A stretch of 61,277 nucleotides of DNA from a virus (Duplodnaviria > Caudoviricetes). The notes under the pieces were generated by a model. It saw nothing but the letters and a program-made list of their open reading frames with translations, had not been told where the DNA came from and ran no database searches. Positions 10,391-19,658 of the stretch are shown piece by piece; the stretch's first letter is position 1, and each line of letters starts with the position of its first letter. The position numbers and the translations under genes were made by a program. Location of the stretch: positions 1 to 61,277 of the IMG/VR virus record IMGVR_UViG_3300027533_000023; one strand, 5' to 3'.

Positions 10391-10611
10391 TCTGCTGGTT
10401 CAGATTCGTTAATAAAACTTTTCATATACCATAATACTTTTCTATAACATGGGCGGCAACCTTGATGTAAATCACGTTCATCCGGATGCCCATAATTATA
10501 AAAGTCAAAAGCCTTCTGCCAATCCTTACTAGGATATATCCGAGTAAAGCCAGCTCTACTGTGCTCGTCAACCAATTTTATAAATAATTTTTCTATTTCT
10601 TCTTTACTCAT
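10387..10611 (-). CDS. Hypothetical protein with CxxC
   Basis: DWQKAFDFYN...GCRPCYRKV. Confidence 0.6.
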   Translation of the reverse strand: MSKEEIEKLFIKLVDEHSRAGFTRIYPSKDWQKAFDFYNYGHPDERDLHQGCRPCYRKVLWYMKSFINESEPAE

Positions 10612-10901
10612 TTATCCGGTTCTAGTTTATTAATAGTTGCGTTTATCCCCATCGCGACAATAACTGTTATTAACCACTCCTGCCAATGCTGCCCCCAGAA
10701 TAGCCAGTATATAGCACTACCCCACCAGAATGTCATACAGACGTTACAGGAGTATAATGGCGGCTGTAAGTACTCCGGTATATACTTATCTCCATACTTA
10801 GTAACAAAGCCGAAAATCTCACCTTCTTGCATCGTATACCATATAGATAATACCGTCATCGCTATAATAAATGCCTTTCCTATAAGAGCTATCTCTACCA
10901 T
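10608..10901 (-). CDS. Small membrane protein (DUF1360-like)
   Basis: Hydrophobic segments and LYSCNVCMTFWW (CxxC-x-x-FW) motif. Confidence 0.6.
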   Translation of the reverse strand: MVEIALIGKAFIIAMTVLSIWYTMQEGEIFGFVTKYGDKYIPEYLQPPLYSCNVCMTFWWGSAIYWLFWGQHWQEWLITVIVAMGINATINKLEPDK

Positions 10902-11047
10902 TTTGTGAATTTTAATATTGGCGTTAAGATCATAGGCAAAAATATTGCTAGCGTTAACGCTACTACAATACAGATAACGATGATCATTATCTGGTCAAAA
11001 GTAAATTTTGGCTTTGGTTGTTCGGGTAGTTTTTTAACAATCGGCAT
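10895..11047 (-). CDS. Small single-TM protein (not in ORF track)
   Basis: MPIVKKLPEQPKPKFTFDQIMIIVICIVVALTLAIFLPMILTPILKFTKW fills the operon gap. Confidence 0.55.
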   Translation of the reverse strand: MPIVKKLPEQPKPKFTFDQIMIIVICIVVALTLAIFLPMILTPILKFTKW

Positions 11048-11066
11048 AGGGGTTAAATTTATAGGG

Positions 11067-11495
11067 TTATACAATTTTAATTATTCCTGTTGCTAGCCCT
11101 CCATGGTCTACATAAATCCTTGTCGGCACCGGCTGCCCGTAAATACTAATCCTGCTCAACGCTCCCAGAATCTGAAAACCTTCTAATCCTAAGTAATAAT
11201 ACACCCACACTGTCGGAGAATTACCATGCTGCAGATAAAGACTTGGTGTATAGGTTATATCGCTGAATAGCTGATTAGTAAAATGAATTACTGTCGGCTC
11301 TACGCAACATATTTCCTGACCTTCTATACATTCTGTCCCATATAATCCTGTTCCGTAGTTCTCAGGTACTATAAAGTCATCACTGTCATCTTCTACAATA
11401 AGCGGATTTGGAACAGCTAGTGTGTCTGTTTCGTGTGCGATGTACTCGATAGAGAGGTCTTCGCAAAACGGTCCGCTTATTGAGTCGATGGGCAT
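11067..11495 (-). CDS. Structural protein; C-terminal domain paralogous to 2839..3633
   Basis: Shared C-x(1-2)-P...FxN...YT...GxxPTV...PT...DxGGxAxGxIxI pattern. Confidence 0.6.
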   Translation of the reverse strand: MPIDSISGPFCEDLSIEYIAHETDTLAVPNPLIVEDDSDDFIVPENYGTGLYGTECIEGQEICCVEPTVIHFTNQLFSDITYTPSLYLQHGNSPTVWVYYYLGLEGFQILGALSRISIYGQPVPTRIYVDHGGLATGIIKIV

Positions 11496-11497
11496 CT

Positions 11498-11647
11498 TTA
11501 TACGTCCTCAGGTTTTGTCATCATCAGTTTTTTTATTTCCTCGTTTAGCTGGCTAGATTTCTGCTGCCAGAATTGTGCGTTAGCAAGAGCGTCATACGCC
11601 TGTACTTTTAGTTCGTTTAGTTGCACTTTTTTTTGTTCTTCAGTCAT
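11498..11647 (-). CDS. Small coiled-coil protein, possible tail fibre chaperone (not in ORF track)
   Basis: MTEEQKKVQLNELKVQAYDALANAQFWQQKSSQLNEEIKKLMMTKPEDV, directly after a fibre gene. Confidence 0.55.
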   Translation of the reverse strand: MTEEQKKVQLNELKVQAYDALANAQFWQQKSSQLNEEIKKLMMTKPEDV

Positions 11648-11663
11648 ATATTATAATTAAAAA

Positions 11664-13517
11664 TTAGAATGCTGCCCATGCTACCTTTACCCACGTTCCG
11701 GATATTTTTCTATACCACAAAAAGTTATTATCCATAGTAAGTGAACCTAATGGCTTTGCTGCATCAGTTGAATTAGCTGGGGTAAAGGTGTCTATAATAT
11801 GTAATGTTCCTACTGTAATACCAACCCCACCTGTAGCCGCCAAAACTATATTATCATCCTCTGCTTTTATCTGAGTTGGCACACCCGCAACCTGTACTAC
11901 TAAATCAATGGCGTTATCTGTTATACTTAAGTCTGCACGATCGCTAGTACCTGCATCTAATACAGCTCCCATAGCCGCCGTTATACCTGATAACCAAAAA
12001 TATCTAACTGGATCAGCAAAGGTTTCATCACCATGAAAAGCATAAACCCCATCGGTGGTACTCATTTTAACAGCGCCCTTAGTACCGAAATAATCTATAT
12101 CACCAACTCTGAAAGTAGCAATTTTAGATATATCACCAGTATCAGTAGTTTGTACTTTGAAAGCTGCCTTTTGAAATTCTATTTCTTCATCAGTAACCCC
12201 TGTATTAATATTAAATGTAAAAGTAGATAGTGCAAAAGTTCTATTTTCAGCAGCAGTATCGTCTTCAGTAGCAAACCCAAACCTTGTTGAAGCTCCACCA
12301 CCTAAGTCGTCTAAATCTACTTCGATAACATTCCCAGAAGCATCCACGGCTAGTGCAAAAGTCGGTGTCCCAGTAAAAGTACCTGAGCCGTATGTATGTG
12401 CAGTAAGCTGACCAGTACCATTAAGCGTCAGCTGCTTGGTCATATTCGTCTCTCTACTAGTCCAAAACTCAAAGTTAGATGTAAAACTTACTAGTAATGG
12501 ATCAGCCCATGCAGTAGCTATTCTACTTGCTGTAATACCTCCACCAGATGCTCTTGTTAAAGACACATCTACGCTAGCAGCAAATCCAACATCTGGAGTA
12601 TCGCTTGTACTTCTTGTAATAAGAACTACAGTTGCACGGTCATTAGTTCCAGTGCCAGAAGTATCAAATTGGCCACCACGGCCACCGTCACTAGCACTTC
12701 CCTGAACAGCGTTACCAGTCGTAGAAACTCCTTGAAGAGCTGTAGCATTTCCAGTTACATAAAATTGCCCTGCTGGGCTATCTATGGAAGTAGCAGTAAT
12801 TGCCCCTCCAGAACCTGTATTTGCGACTCTTAGCACTCCATACCCATCGTTAATAGTTCCAAAGAGAGAAAGATAAAATGTATCTGTATCTATAAGAGTA
12901 GCTTCTATTAGAAAACCACCTAGCCTTCCAATATTTGTATATGGCGGACTATATAACCCATTTTCTAATTCCATGGTTCCCCCACCGCCTGCACCGTATG
13001 TAAGAGCACCAGTTATACTATCGTAGTAGACTATACTGCCTGTTGTAGCTGCAACAAGATTAGGTATTAGCACATTACCAGAAGTATTATTTATTGATAT
13101 CTGAGTATCAGAAACTAATACCTGCGAAACTGTTACTCCTGATACCGCAACTATCATCTCAGCAAAATCTGCGTATGCATTTATATCAGTTCTATTATTA
13201 GCGTCTGTTGCCGAGCCTATACTTGTCGCTGCATTTGTCATAAACAGATACCTTACCGGAGCAGCAAAAGTAGAATCACCGTTATATAAAGCGAGAGAAA
13301 AAGTATCTGGCATTGTAAACACTCTATCTTCTGCTGCAGTATCATCCTCACCAGAAAAGCCAAACCTGGTAACTGTACCATCTTCACCTTCAAAATCACT
13401 AGCTAGTATCCTGTAATTCACCCATGGGTTATCCTCTTCAACCGGTACGATAATCGGTATATAAGCCCCAGTGAGGTCACCCACATAAGGGGTCATCGCC
13501 GATATCTTAACTGGCAT
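11664..13517 (-). CDS. Tail fibre-like protein with internal duplication
   Basis: Gly/Thr/Ala-rich; MPVKISAM start; C-terminal MDNNFLWYRKISGTWVKVAW fibre-type end; duplicated TRFGFxxEDDTAAExRxF. Confidence 0.75.
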   Translation of the reverse strand: MPVKISAMTPYVGDLTGAYIPIIVPVEEDNPWVNYRILASDFEGEDGTVTRFGFSGEDDTAAEDRVFTMPDTFSLALYNGDSTFAAPVRYLFMTNAATSIGSATDANNRTDINAYADFAEMIVAVSGVTVSQVLVSDTQISINNTSGNVLIPNLVAATTGSIVYYDSITGALTYGAGGGGTMELENGLYSPPYTNIGRLGGFLIEATLIDTDTFYLSLFGTINDGYGVLRVANTGSGGAITATSIDSPAGQFYVTGNATALQGVSTTGNAVQGSASDGGRGGQFDTSGTGTNDRATVVLITRSTSDTPDVGFAASVDVSLTRASGGGITASRIATAWADPLLVSFTSNFEFWTSRETNMTKQLTLNGTGQLTAHTYGSGTFTGTPTFALAVDASGNVIEVDLDDLGGGASTRFGFATEDDTAAENRTFALSTFTFNINTGVTDEEIEFQKAAFKVQTTDTGDISKIATFRVGDIDYFGTKGAVKMSTTDGVYAFHGDETFADPVRYFWLSGITAAMGAVLDAGTSDRADLSITDNAIDLVVQVAGVPTQIKAEDDNIVLAATGGVGITVGTLHIIDTFTPANSTDAAKPLGSLTMDNNFLWYRKISGTWVKVAWAAF

Positions 13518-13532
13518 ATTTAATATTTTTTA

Positions 13533-15515
13533 TCATTGTTTCAATAATACTTTAGAGCTATAAGCCGGTATCGTTACTGATGTCGTATAGGTCACATTCT
13601 TAACGTCTTTATAGGTATCAGCTCCTAAGAGAACTACCTTAGCCACTGCTGTCTCATTATATTCAAATCTTATATCTGTTATCGCCGCGACAAACGCTAA
13701 TGCTTTAGACGAGCCTACGTCATTACTCGTCGCTGTTTTCCAGGTAGCTAAACTATAATAATTGAATACGCTACTGTTAACACTTGTTACTAAAAAAGGT
13801 GCGTTAGGAGCTACCGAAGGAGAGGTCGCGTCATCTATCGGTCTCGTATACCAGTTATTAGTGAAAGTTCCCATCGTAGGATAGTAAGCTACTGCTGTTC
13901 CTGTAGTATTTGTCCTGTGTATCCTTTGTGTTATTGCTTTGGCAACATAGATATTATTAGTGAATGTATTATTCGTAGTTAATAATCCTCCTGAGCCATT
14001 AGCCTGCAGGACAATAGTATTATCAGCATCGTAGAAGGTGTTACCGAAAATATTATTATTCTTAGCTCCTGAGTTAAGATACATACACGAATACCCAAAC
14101 CCTGCTGCTGAATTACTGTCTACCTGTACACCAGCAGAATTATTATCCAAGTAAATAGCGTGCGATAATCCATAGGTCTGAGTTGTACCCGCTACTGAAG
14201 GGCGTGAATAGAGAATAGTGTTTTTTGTTACCCTCGTTCCTGTATTCGTGAAGTTATAGGTATAAATTCCGCCACCATCCATCTTCGTCATATTAAAGTA
14301 GGTGATAAAGTTATACCTGATCGTATTGGTAAGCCCTGCGAAGAAAATAGGTATATATCCTGTGCTATCTATTGTATTCTTCTCTATTAAAGCCCCTGTC
14401 GCCTGTACCCTGATAGCCATCATCTGACCGTCCCCACCTCTACCCATCCCTGGCTGCATAGCTGTATTATCAAAAGTATTATTTTGGATAAGCGAGCTGG
14501 TAAATTCCTCCCTTAGTAGAATCGCGTTATTATTAGTATGGTTAAATGTATTGTTGAGGAATTTAAAGTTAGCTGAAGATGAACCTCCGTTAGCACCTCC
14601 CCATATCCCATCCATCCCAGCGAAGTCAAACTGGCAATTCTGGATAGTGATATTAGCACTTGACATAATCGTAAAATGATCCTTATTAGAACCAGTAAAC
14701 TTCATATCCTGTATTGTTATATTACCCCTGTTTGACGGTATCCTGACTAATGTATCTATCGTCGTTACCTGGGCGTCAGAAGGTGCGCATGCAGCAAATA
14801 TCCTTAACTTCTTAGTCGTCGGGTTAAAGTACCACTCATTAGGCTGGTCTAATGTTCTTGGGTCGTTCTGGATAAATAGCCCGTAACCTGATATCCCTGT
14901 ATAGCTTGTAGGATTAGGTGTATTAGTATGAGTTAGTACCGTTCCTGAATGGGCAGTTACCGTATTCATATCGGTCACCCAGTGGTGTAGCCTCATCACT
15001 GCTGTAGCTCCTGTCCAGTTAGTAGTAGATGACGGTAGACCCGAAACTGTCTTGGTCGTTAGTGTAGGCGCTGTATAGGTAAGATATCCGGTATTTGGGT
15101 ATCTACCCATTGGAATATTCACCCCGTTAATAACGACCATATTCACCGTAGTAAGTGTTGTAACAGCTACTGAGCTTTCCCATATATTAGACCCTACAAG
15201 TTGCCACCCTGTTATCGTTTGAAAACCTGTGATAATAGGATTAGCGCCTGTCCCGTAAGCTCCTATTACTATCGGATTACCAACACCACCAGCTTTGTTC
15301 AGGTACATATTGCCGTAGAAAACATCACCCCTGTTAAAGAGGATTATATCACCAGCTACCCTGGCAGGAAATATCGAGTTAAATTTCGCTAGTGTTTTCC
15401 ATGGAGAACCTGCGGACGTTCCAGTGTTAGCATCATTACCTCCAGCAGCAAAGTAAAAAGTAGCAGCCTGAGCTTTTAATGATAAAAAAAGAAATATTAA
15501 TAGTATATACTTCAT
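13533..15515 (-). CDS. Right-handed parallel beta-helix protein with N-terminal signal peptide (depolymerase-like)
   Basis: MKYILLIFLFLSLKAQA signal; GNDANTGTS...PWKTL, GRYPN, DGGGIY, IYLD motifs and Asn-ladder repeats. Confidence 0.8.
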   Translation of the reverse strand: MKYILLIFLFLSLKAQAATFYFAAGGNDANTGTSAGSPWKTLAKFNSIFPARVAGDIILFNRGDVFYGNMYLNKAGGVGNPIVIGAYGTGANPIITGFQTITGWQLVGSNIWESSVAVTTLTTVNMVVINGVNIPMGRYPNTGYLTYTAPTLTTKTVSGLPSSTTNWTGATAVMRLHHWVTDMNTVTAHSGTVLTHTNTPNPTSYTGISGYGLFIQNDPRTLDQPNEWYFNPTTKKLRIFAACAPSDAQVTTIDTLVRIPSNRGNITIQDMKFTGSNKDHFTIMSSANITIQNCQFDFAGMDGIWGGANGGSSSANFKFLNNTFNHTNNNAILLREEFTSSLIQNNTFDNTAMQPGMGRGGDGQMMAIRVQATGALIEKNTIDSTGYIPIFFAGLTNTIRYNFITYFNMTKMDGGGIYTYNFTNTGTRVTKNTILYSRPSVAGTTQTYGLSHAIYLDNNSAGVQVDSNSAAGFGYSCMYLNSGAKNNNIFGNTFYDADNTIVLQANGSGGLLTTNNTFTNNIYVAKAITQRIHRTNTTGTAVAYYPTMGTFTNNWYTRPIDDATSPSVAPNAPFLVTSVNSSVFNYYSLATWKTATSNDVGSSKALAFVAAITDIRFEYNETAVAKVVLLGADTYKDVKNVTYTTSVTIPAYSSKVLLKQ

Positions 15516-15521
15516 AAATTT

Positions 15522-18500
15522 TTAATATAATGCTAAGTAAAATTTAACTGCACTTCCTGATAATGAACTCATGTTAATAGAAGACGCCAAAGCAGTACTG
15601 CTAAGTACCCCAAACATTTTAACATTAGCTGTTATATCTGCAACGTTATGATTAGCACTACCAATAGCTGTTGAACCGATGTTAGGCGCTGTAACCTGTG
15701 CTGAGTTATTATAGATCAAAGCCACATAGTAAATACCTTTTGTAGCTGCATAAGTTCCTGTAAATGCTATTGTTCGCATAGATGCTCCTGCCTGTTTCCA
15801 GTTATTGCCGTCGTTGGCAGAAATAGCTACCCTCGTTAACGTACTTCCCGAAAAACTATATAATGCAACTGCATTCTCATTATCTGCTGTGAAATTTCCT
15901 GCTGTAGAAGAGTAAAATACTACCCCTGTTATAGTAGCTGTTGGAACTTCGATAGCACCTACCCAAACCTGCCCATCTGTTAATGCGGTATTTGTACCCA
16001 TACTACCTCTTGTAACCCCATACGGTTCTGCGATAATAGTTGAACCTAAAGTCCGCATCAACCGCACACTATCAGAATACCGATCATCTACATACGCAGT
16101 TGTTGCGATCTTCGTAGAATTATCGTTAGCCGCCTGTGTAGGTGCTGTTGGTGAGCCTGTTAGGGCAGGAGAAATAGAAAAAACTAATGATCCTGCTGTT
16201 CCTGTCTCATCTGTTATAGCTGCTAATAAATTTGCACTCGATGGAGTAGCTAAGAAAGTGCCTACTCCTGTTCCTGGTGTTATCCCTGCCCACGTAGTAA
16301 GATCAGAATCTAATGGCTGATATGCTGCTGAAGCTGCACCAGTAGTTAAGTAGGTAGATGTATCAAGGGTAATATTACCACTAGCATCACTTACAAGAAG
16401 TCCTGCAGTATAAGCAGCTAATTGTAAAGTTCGGTTTGCCTTAAAGAGCGCTGCCTGCCCTGTATCAGTGTGGATTTCTACTATTCCGGCAGTTGCCTGA
16501 ATCTTAATATCCCCGACACTAGCAGTAAGGTTAAAATTTGTTAATCCGCTACCGCCCATTAGCATATCTATACTTGCCCCATTAGCGTATATATCAAAAT
16601 TACAGGTTGGCCCACCACCACCGATTTCTCCATAACCACCAGAACTATCTCCAGAGAGTAAATAAGCAAATCCTGTAGAACTCTGAGCGTTAATTTCAAC
16701 CTCTGTGCCTTCCAGGGTAAAATCAGCTTGTTCAGCATTAGCGTGTGTTGTTCCGTATAGACTTAAAGAAAGAGCAGCAGCACCATCTGTAAGACCAGAC
16801 AGGTGACTTGATCCTGCTGTATTATAGTTTTCGAAAATAATTTCAGTACGTCCCGTATGATCCTTGCTTGCAGCAATCTCATTAGTAATAACGTTAAATC
16901 TTGTTGAAGTTAATGTAGCTACCCCCTCTTTAAGTAGTTTGCCTGTTATACTATCAAAGAGAGCAAGTGAATTATCAGTAGCTGAGGCTGGCCCAACTAC
17001 ATCACCGGAACCACTTGCATTTGTCTCCCATGTAGCATCCCCGTCAGCATCCGAGGTTAGTACCTTGCCAGCTCCAGGTGATCCTCCTGTTATCTTTACT
17101 GTTGCAAACGTAGCTAACATTGCTACATTTAACGGTCCGGCGAAATTAGACTTGGCAGCTGTCTGGCTATCAATAGCGAAATCTCCAGCTGCAGCTCCTG
17201 AAGTGCTAGGAATCATGATCGCCTTATTCGTAGTTGCTCCAGTAGCTGTAAAGTAACCTGCCCTATTTTCTCCTGCCCCACTACCTGCTACATCGACTAG
17301 CAGCCCGAAATTTGTTCCTGTAGCTCTTGTGTTGTCTATATAGGCTGTAATATTCTTATCGCCATTACGTACATCTAACCAGCCCAAAGGCGCATCCTCT
17401 GCAGCTCCACTCATCAGCGGCTTATAGAATTGGCTCTTAGTATCAAATACCTTAAAAGAAGTAATAGAGTTAGTAATAAAAGAATGTGGGGTATCCCCTA
17501 AGTTAGTATACTCTGTAGCTGAGGTACTAGCCTTCAGATGCATAATATCCGCAGCAGCACTTGTCCTGAACCACAACTTGGCGAAAGTAGCATCACCATT
17601 CAGGTAAACATCTTTCGGTGCTTCTATCCACCCTAAATCCCTGAAGTCAGCATATATATCTGTTGGTATTGATCCTATCTTCTCAAACTTAAGAGCGTCA
17701 CTAGTAGCGGAAATCTGAAAGTAATTGCTCGCCTCTGGGTTAGTCGAAAACTTGATAGAATCTGTTCCCAAATCCTGCACAATAGCATTACCCTCTTTAT
17801 AAATAATAGCTAACGGCTCAGCTATCCTGCCACCCTGACTAGCGATAGTCCGAGTAGTTTCTACAGTAATATTATTAGCGTCTATATACGCTGTGATCTT
17901 ATCTGCGTAAGCATAACCTCCGCCAGTTCCTAAGTTACCCCAACAAAAATATTTACCGACGTCTGTAGGGAAAAAAGTGTTGATAGGATCATTCACTGTC
18001 GTGCCTGTCTGGCTAGCATCATAGTCTCTTACGTTATTCCAGCCTATAATTAAATCACCCTGGTTATTAAGCCTCATCTTCTCACTGTTCGGCCACACTG
18101 GGCCGAGCTCAAACCTGATAAAGCCGTTTGGTATATCTGAAAATACAGGCGCATAAGGGAGAGTTGCCCCAACAAAGTTATTATTACCGATTATCGTTCC
18201 AGCACTACCGGCTAAGGAATATAATTGAAATGTATTAGCATACCCGTATGTAGCATTATAGTCTTTATCGTGCTTAACAATAGCACCACCTTCAAAGTTA
18301 AAGTCATCATCATCATTCTCTGCTTTCCACTCTGCCAAAGCAAAGCTCTGTGTACTAGGTACAAAAGTTGATCTGATCAGAAGTTTAAGGCGGTCATCAG
18401 CAATAGTCTGTGTAGTACCGATCTTAATAGCCTCAGGAATAGTCAGCGTGCCTGTATTGCTAAGTATAGCAAGACTGTCTTTTAGTAGCTTGCCTGTAAT

Positions 18501-18791
18501 ACCGTCGAATCTTACTACTGCGTTATCAGTAGATGAGGCTGGGCCGGTTACATCTCCAGCACCATCGAGTGCAGTATCTATATAATTTATAAGATCCGTC
18601 TGGTCGGTAATATCACCGGTAATAGTTCCCCATTCTCCAGCTCCATCAGCTCCGGGTGGTCCAGGCTCTCCTTGCTCTCCCTGAGCACCAGGTGGACCAG
18701 TTAGTATTATTTGAGTAACTACTAACCTAAATGCGTTTTCCCCTATCGCGTAGACCTTATAAAGTGGCGGGGCTTGGGTTATTACATTCAT
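15522..18791 (-). CDS. Long tail fibre protein with short collagen-like segment
   Basis: GPPGAQGEQGEPGPPGADG; twice GDVxGPASxTDN; PALTGSPTAPT...TKIATTAYV fibre motif. Confidence 0.85.
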   Translation of the reverse strand: MNVITQAPPLYKVYAIGENAFRLVVTQIILTGPPGAQGEQGEPGPPGADGAGEWGTITGDITDQTDLINYIDTALDGAGDVTGPASSTDNAVVRFDGITGKLLKDSLAILSNTGTLTIPEAIKIGTTQTIADDRLKLLIRSTFVPSTQSFALAEWKAENDDDDFNFEGGAIVKHDKDYNATYGYANTFQLYSLAGSAGTIIGNNNFVGATLPYAPVFSDIPNGFIRFELGPVWPNSEKMRLNNQGDLIIGWNNVRDYDASQTGTTVNDPINTFFPTDVGKYFCWGNLGTGGGYAYADKITAYIDANNITVETTRTIASQGGRIAEPLAIIYKEGNAIVQDLGTDSIKFSTNPEASNYFQISATSDALKFEKIGSIPTDIYADFRDLGWIEAPKDVYLNGDATFAKLWFRTSAAADIMHLKASTSATEYTNLGDTPHSFITNSITSFKVFDTKSQFYKPLMSGAAEDAPLGWLDVRNGDKNITAYIDNTRATGTNFGLLVDVAGSGAGENRAGYFTATGATTNKAIMIPSTSGAAAGDFAIDSQTAAKSNFAGPLNVAMLATFATVKITGGSPGAGKVLTSDADGDATWETNASGSGDVVGPASATDNSLALFDSITGKLLKEGVATLTSTRFNVITNEIAASKDHTGRTEIIFENYNTAGSSHLSGLTDGAAALSLSLYGTTHANAEQADFTLEGTEVEINAQSSTGFAYLLSGDSSGGYGEIGGGGPTCNFDIYANGASIDMLMGGSGLTNFNLTASVGDIKIQATAGIVEIHTDTGQAALFKANRTLQLAAYTAGLLVSDASGNITLDTSTYLTTGAASAAYQPLDSDLTTWAGITPGTGVGTFLATPSSANLLAAITDETGTAGSLVFSISPALTGSPTAPTQAANDNSTKIATTAYVDDRYSDSVRLMRTLGSTIIAEPYGVTRGSMGTNTALTDGQVWVGAIEVPTATITGVVFYSSTAGNFTADNENAVALYSFSGSTLTRVAISANDGNNWKQAGASMRTIAFTGTYAATKGIYYVALIYNNSAQVTAPNIGSTAIGSANHNVADITANVKMFGVLSSTALASSINMSSLSGSAVKFYLALY

Positions 18792-19189
18792 GATGGGATA
18801 CGGCTTTGGGATGCTACAATGTCAACTACTGTCTTAAGAACTATATTAGCTGTATCAGCATCTATATCCTGCCGTACATCACCGTAATAGGTGCGTCTTT
18901 TAAGCCCATGTGTCTTTGGGATAAATAAGGATATTGTCCACCCGCTAAGTTCCTCTCCATCTACATCTAAAGTATCGGCAACTACCTCTAAGCCATCGCC
19001 TTGCGCGATAGTCATGATAGGGCAATCCCCCCTTTCGTCAGTAGCTAGTGTAAATAAAAAAACGCCGTCAGATAAGTCTAACGGTGCTGGGTAAAATACA
19101 CTAAATTGAATAGAGGTATCGATCTGGGCAATTACGGGTATACAGGGTGCATTATCGTAATTAAGAACGCAGTTATTGGTACAAGCCAT
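18788..19189 (-). CDS. Fibre adaptor / baseplate-upper-like protein
   Basis: Immediately upstream of the fibre; beta-sandwich-like pattern with TYYGDV. Confidence 0.5.
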   Translation of the reverse strand: MACTNNCVLNYDNAPCIPVIAQIDTSIQFSVFYPAPLDLSDGVFLFTLATDERGDCPIMTIAQGDGLEVVADTLDVDGEELSGWTISLFIPKTHGLKRRTYYGDVRQDIDADTANIVLKTVVDIVASQSRIPS

Positions 19190-19279
19190 ACACCTTATAA
19201 GGTAAAACTGTTAAAAGGGGGTGTATTATGAAGCTCCATTTAGCCTCATCGGGTGACGTGGCAGCCTATTCTCTCACAG

Positions 19280-19290
19280 ATATAAATTTA
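19280..19290 (-). promoter_or_regulatory. Putative late promoter element TAAATTTATAT
   Basis: Identical 11-mer upstream of both structural operons (also 48941-48951). Confidence 0.45.
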
Positions 19291-19331
19291 ATAACTTTTT
19301 TAATACTTAATTAAAATATTTATATTTAACC

Positions 19332-19423
19332 TGTTATTGGTTGATTTAAATTGCTGTTTTCTGTATTTTCTAGGTCTATTAAGGTTTAATGGGGAGCTGC
19401 TCAATAAAATGGGCAGCTTTTTT
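19332..19423 (+). ncRNA. Putative small RNA, array unit 1
   Basis: TATATTTA box at 19321-19328, U-rich body, terminator AGCTGCTCA-ATAAAA-TGGGCAGCT followed by a T-run. Confidence 0.5.
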
Positions 19424-19458
19424 ATTTTTTTATCTAATTTATTATATTAGCTTAGTAC

Positions 19459-19555
19459 TTCATAAATACTTTCTATTCTAGTTCTACCATCTCCGGTAGA
19501 CCGATCAAAACGATTCAAAACACAGTACCGAGCCCTATTTCTATAGGGCTTTTTT
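19459..19555 (+). ncRNA. Putative small RNA, array unit 2
   Basis: TATATTAGCTTAG box, TCTACC..GGTAGA hairpin, AAAACAC, terminator AGCCCTAT-TTCT-ATAGGGCT followed by a T-run. Confidence 0.55.
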
Positions 19556-19578
19556 ATTTTATTATACTAACTTAGTAC

Positions 19579-19647
19579 CAAGGGACTACTAATATGGTAG
19601 TTTTGCATTGAAGAAAACACGAGCCTCGTTTCCACGGGGCTTTTTTT
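19579..19647 (+). ncRNA. Putative small RNA, array unit 3
   Basis: TATACTAACTTAG box, ACTACT..GGTAGT hairpin, AAAACAC, terminator GCCTCGT-TTCC-ACGGGGC-T7. Confidence 0.55.
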
Positions 19648-19658
19648 AAATCCCCTTT

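Noticed and set aside
11664-18791. Diversity-generating retroelement or invertible fibre cassette
   Set aside because: No reverse transcriptase or invertase; repeats are diverged at protein level, not adenine-specific
19300-19650. CRISPR mini-array
   Set aside because: Repeated parts are diverged promoter and terminator elements, not identical repeats with regular spacers; no cas genes
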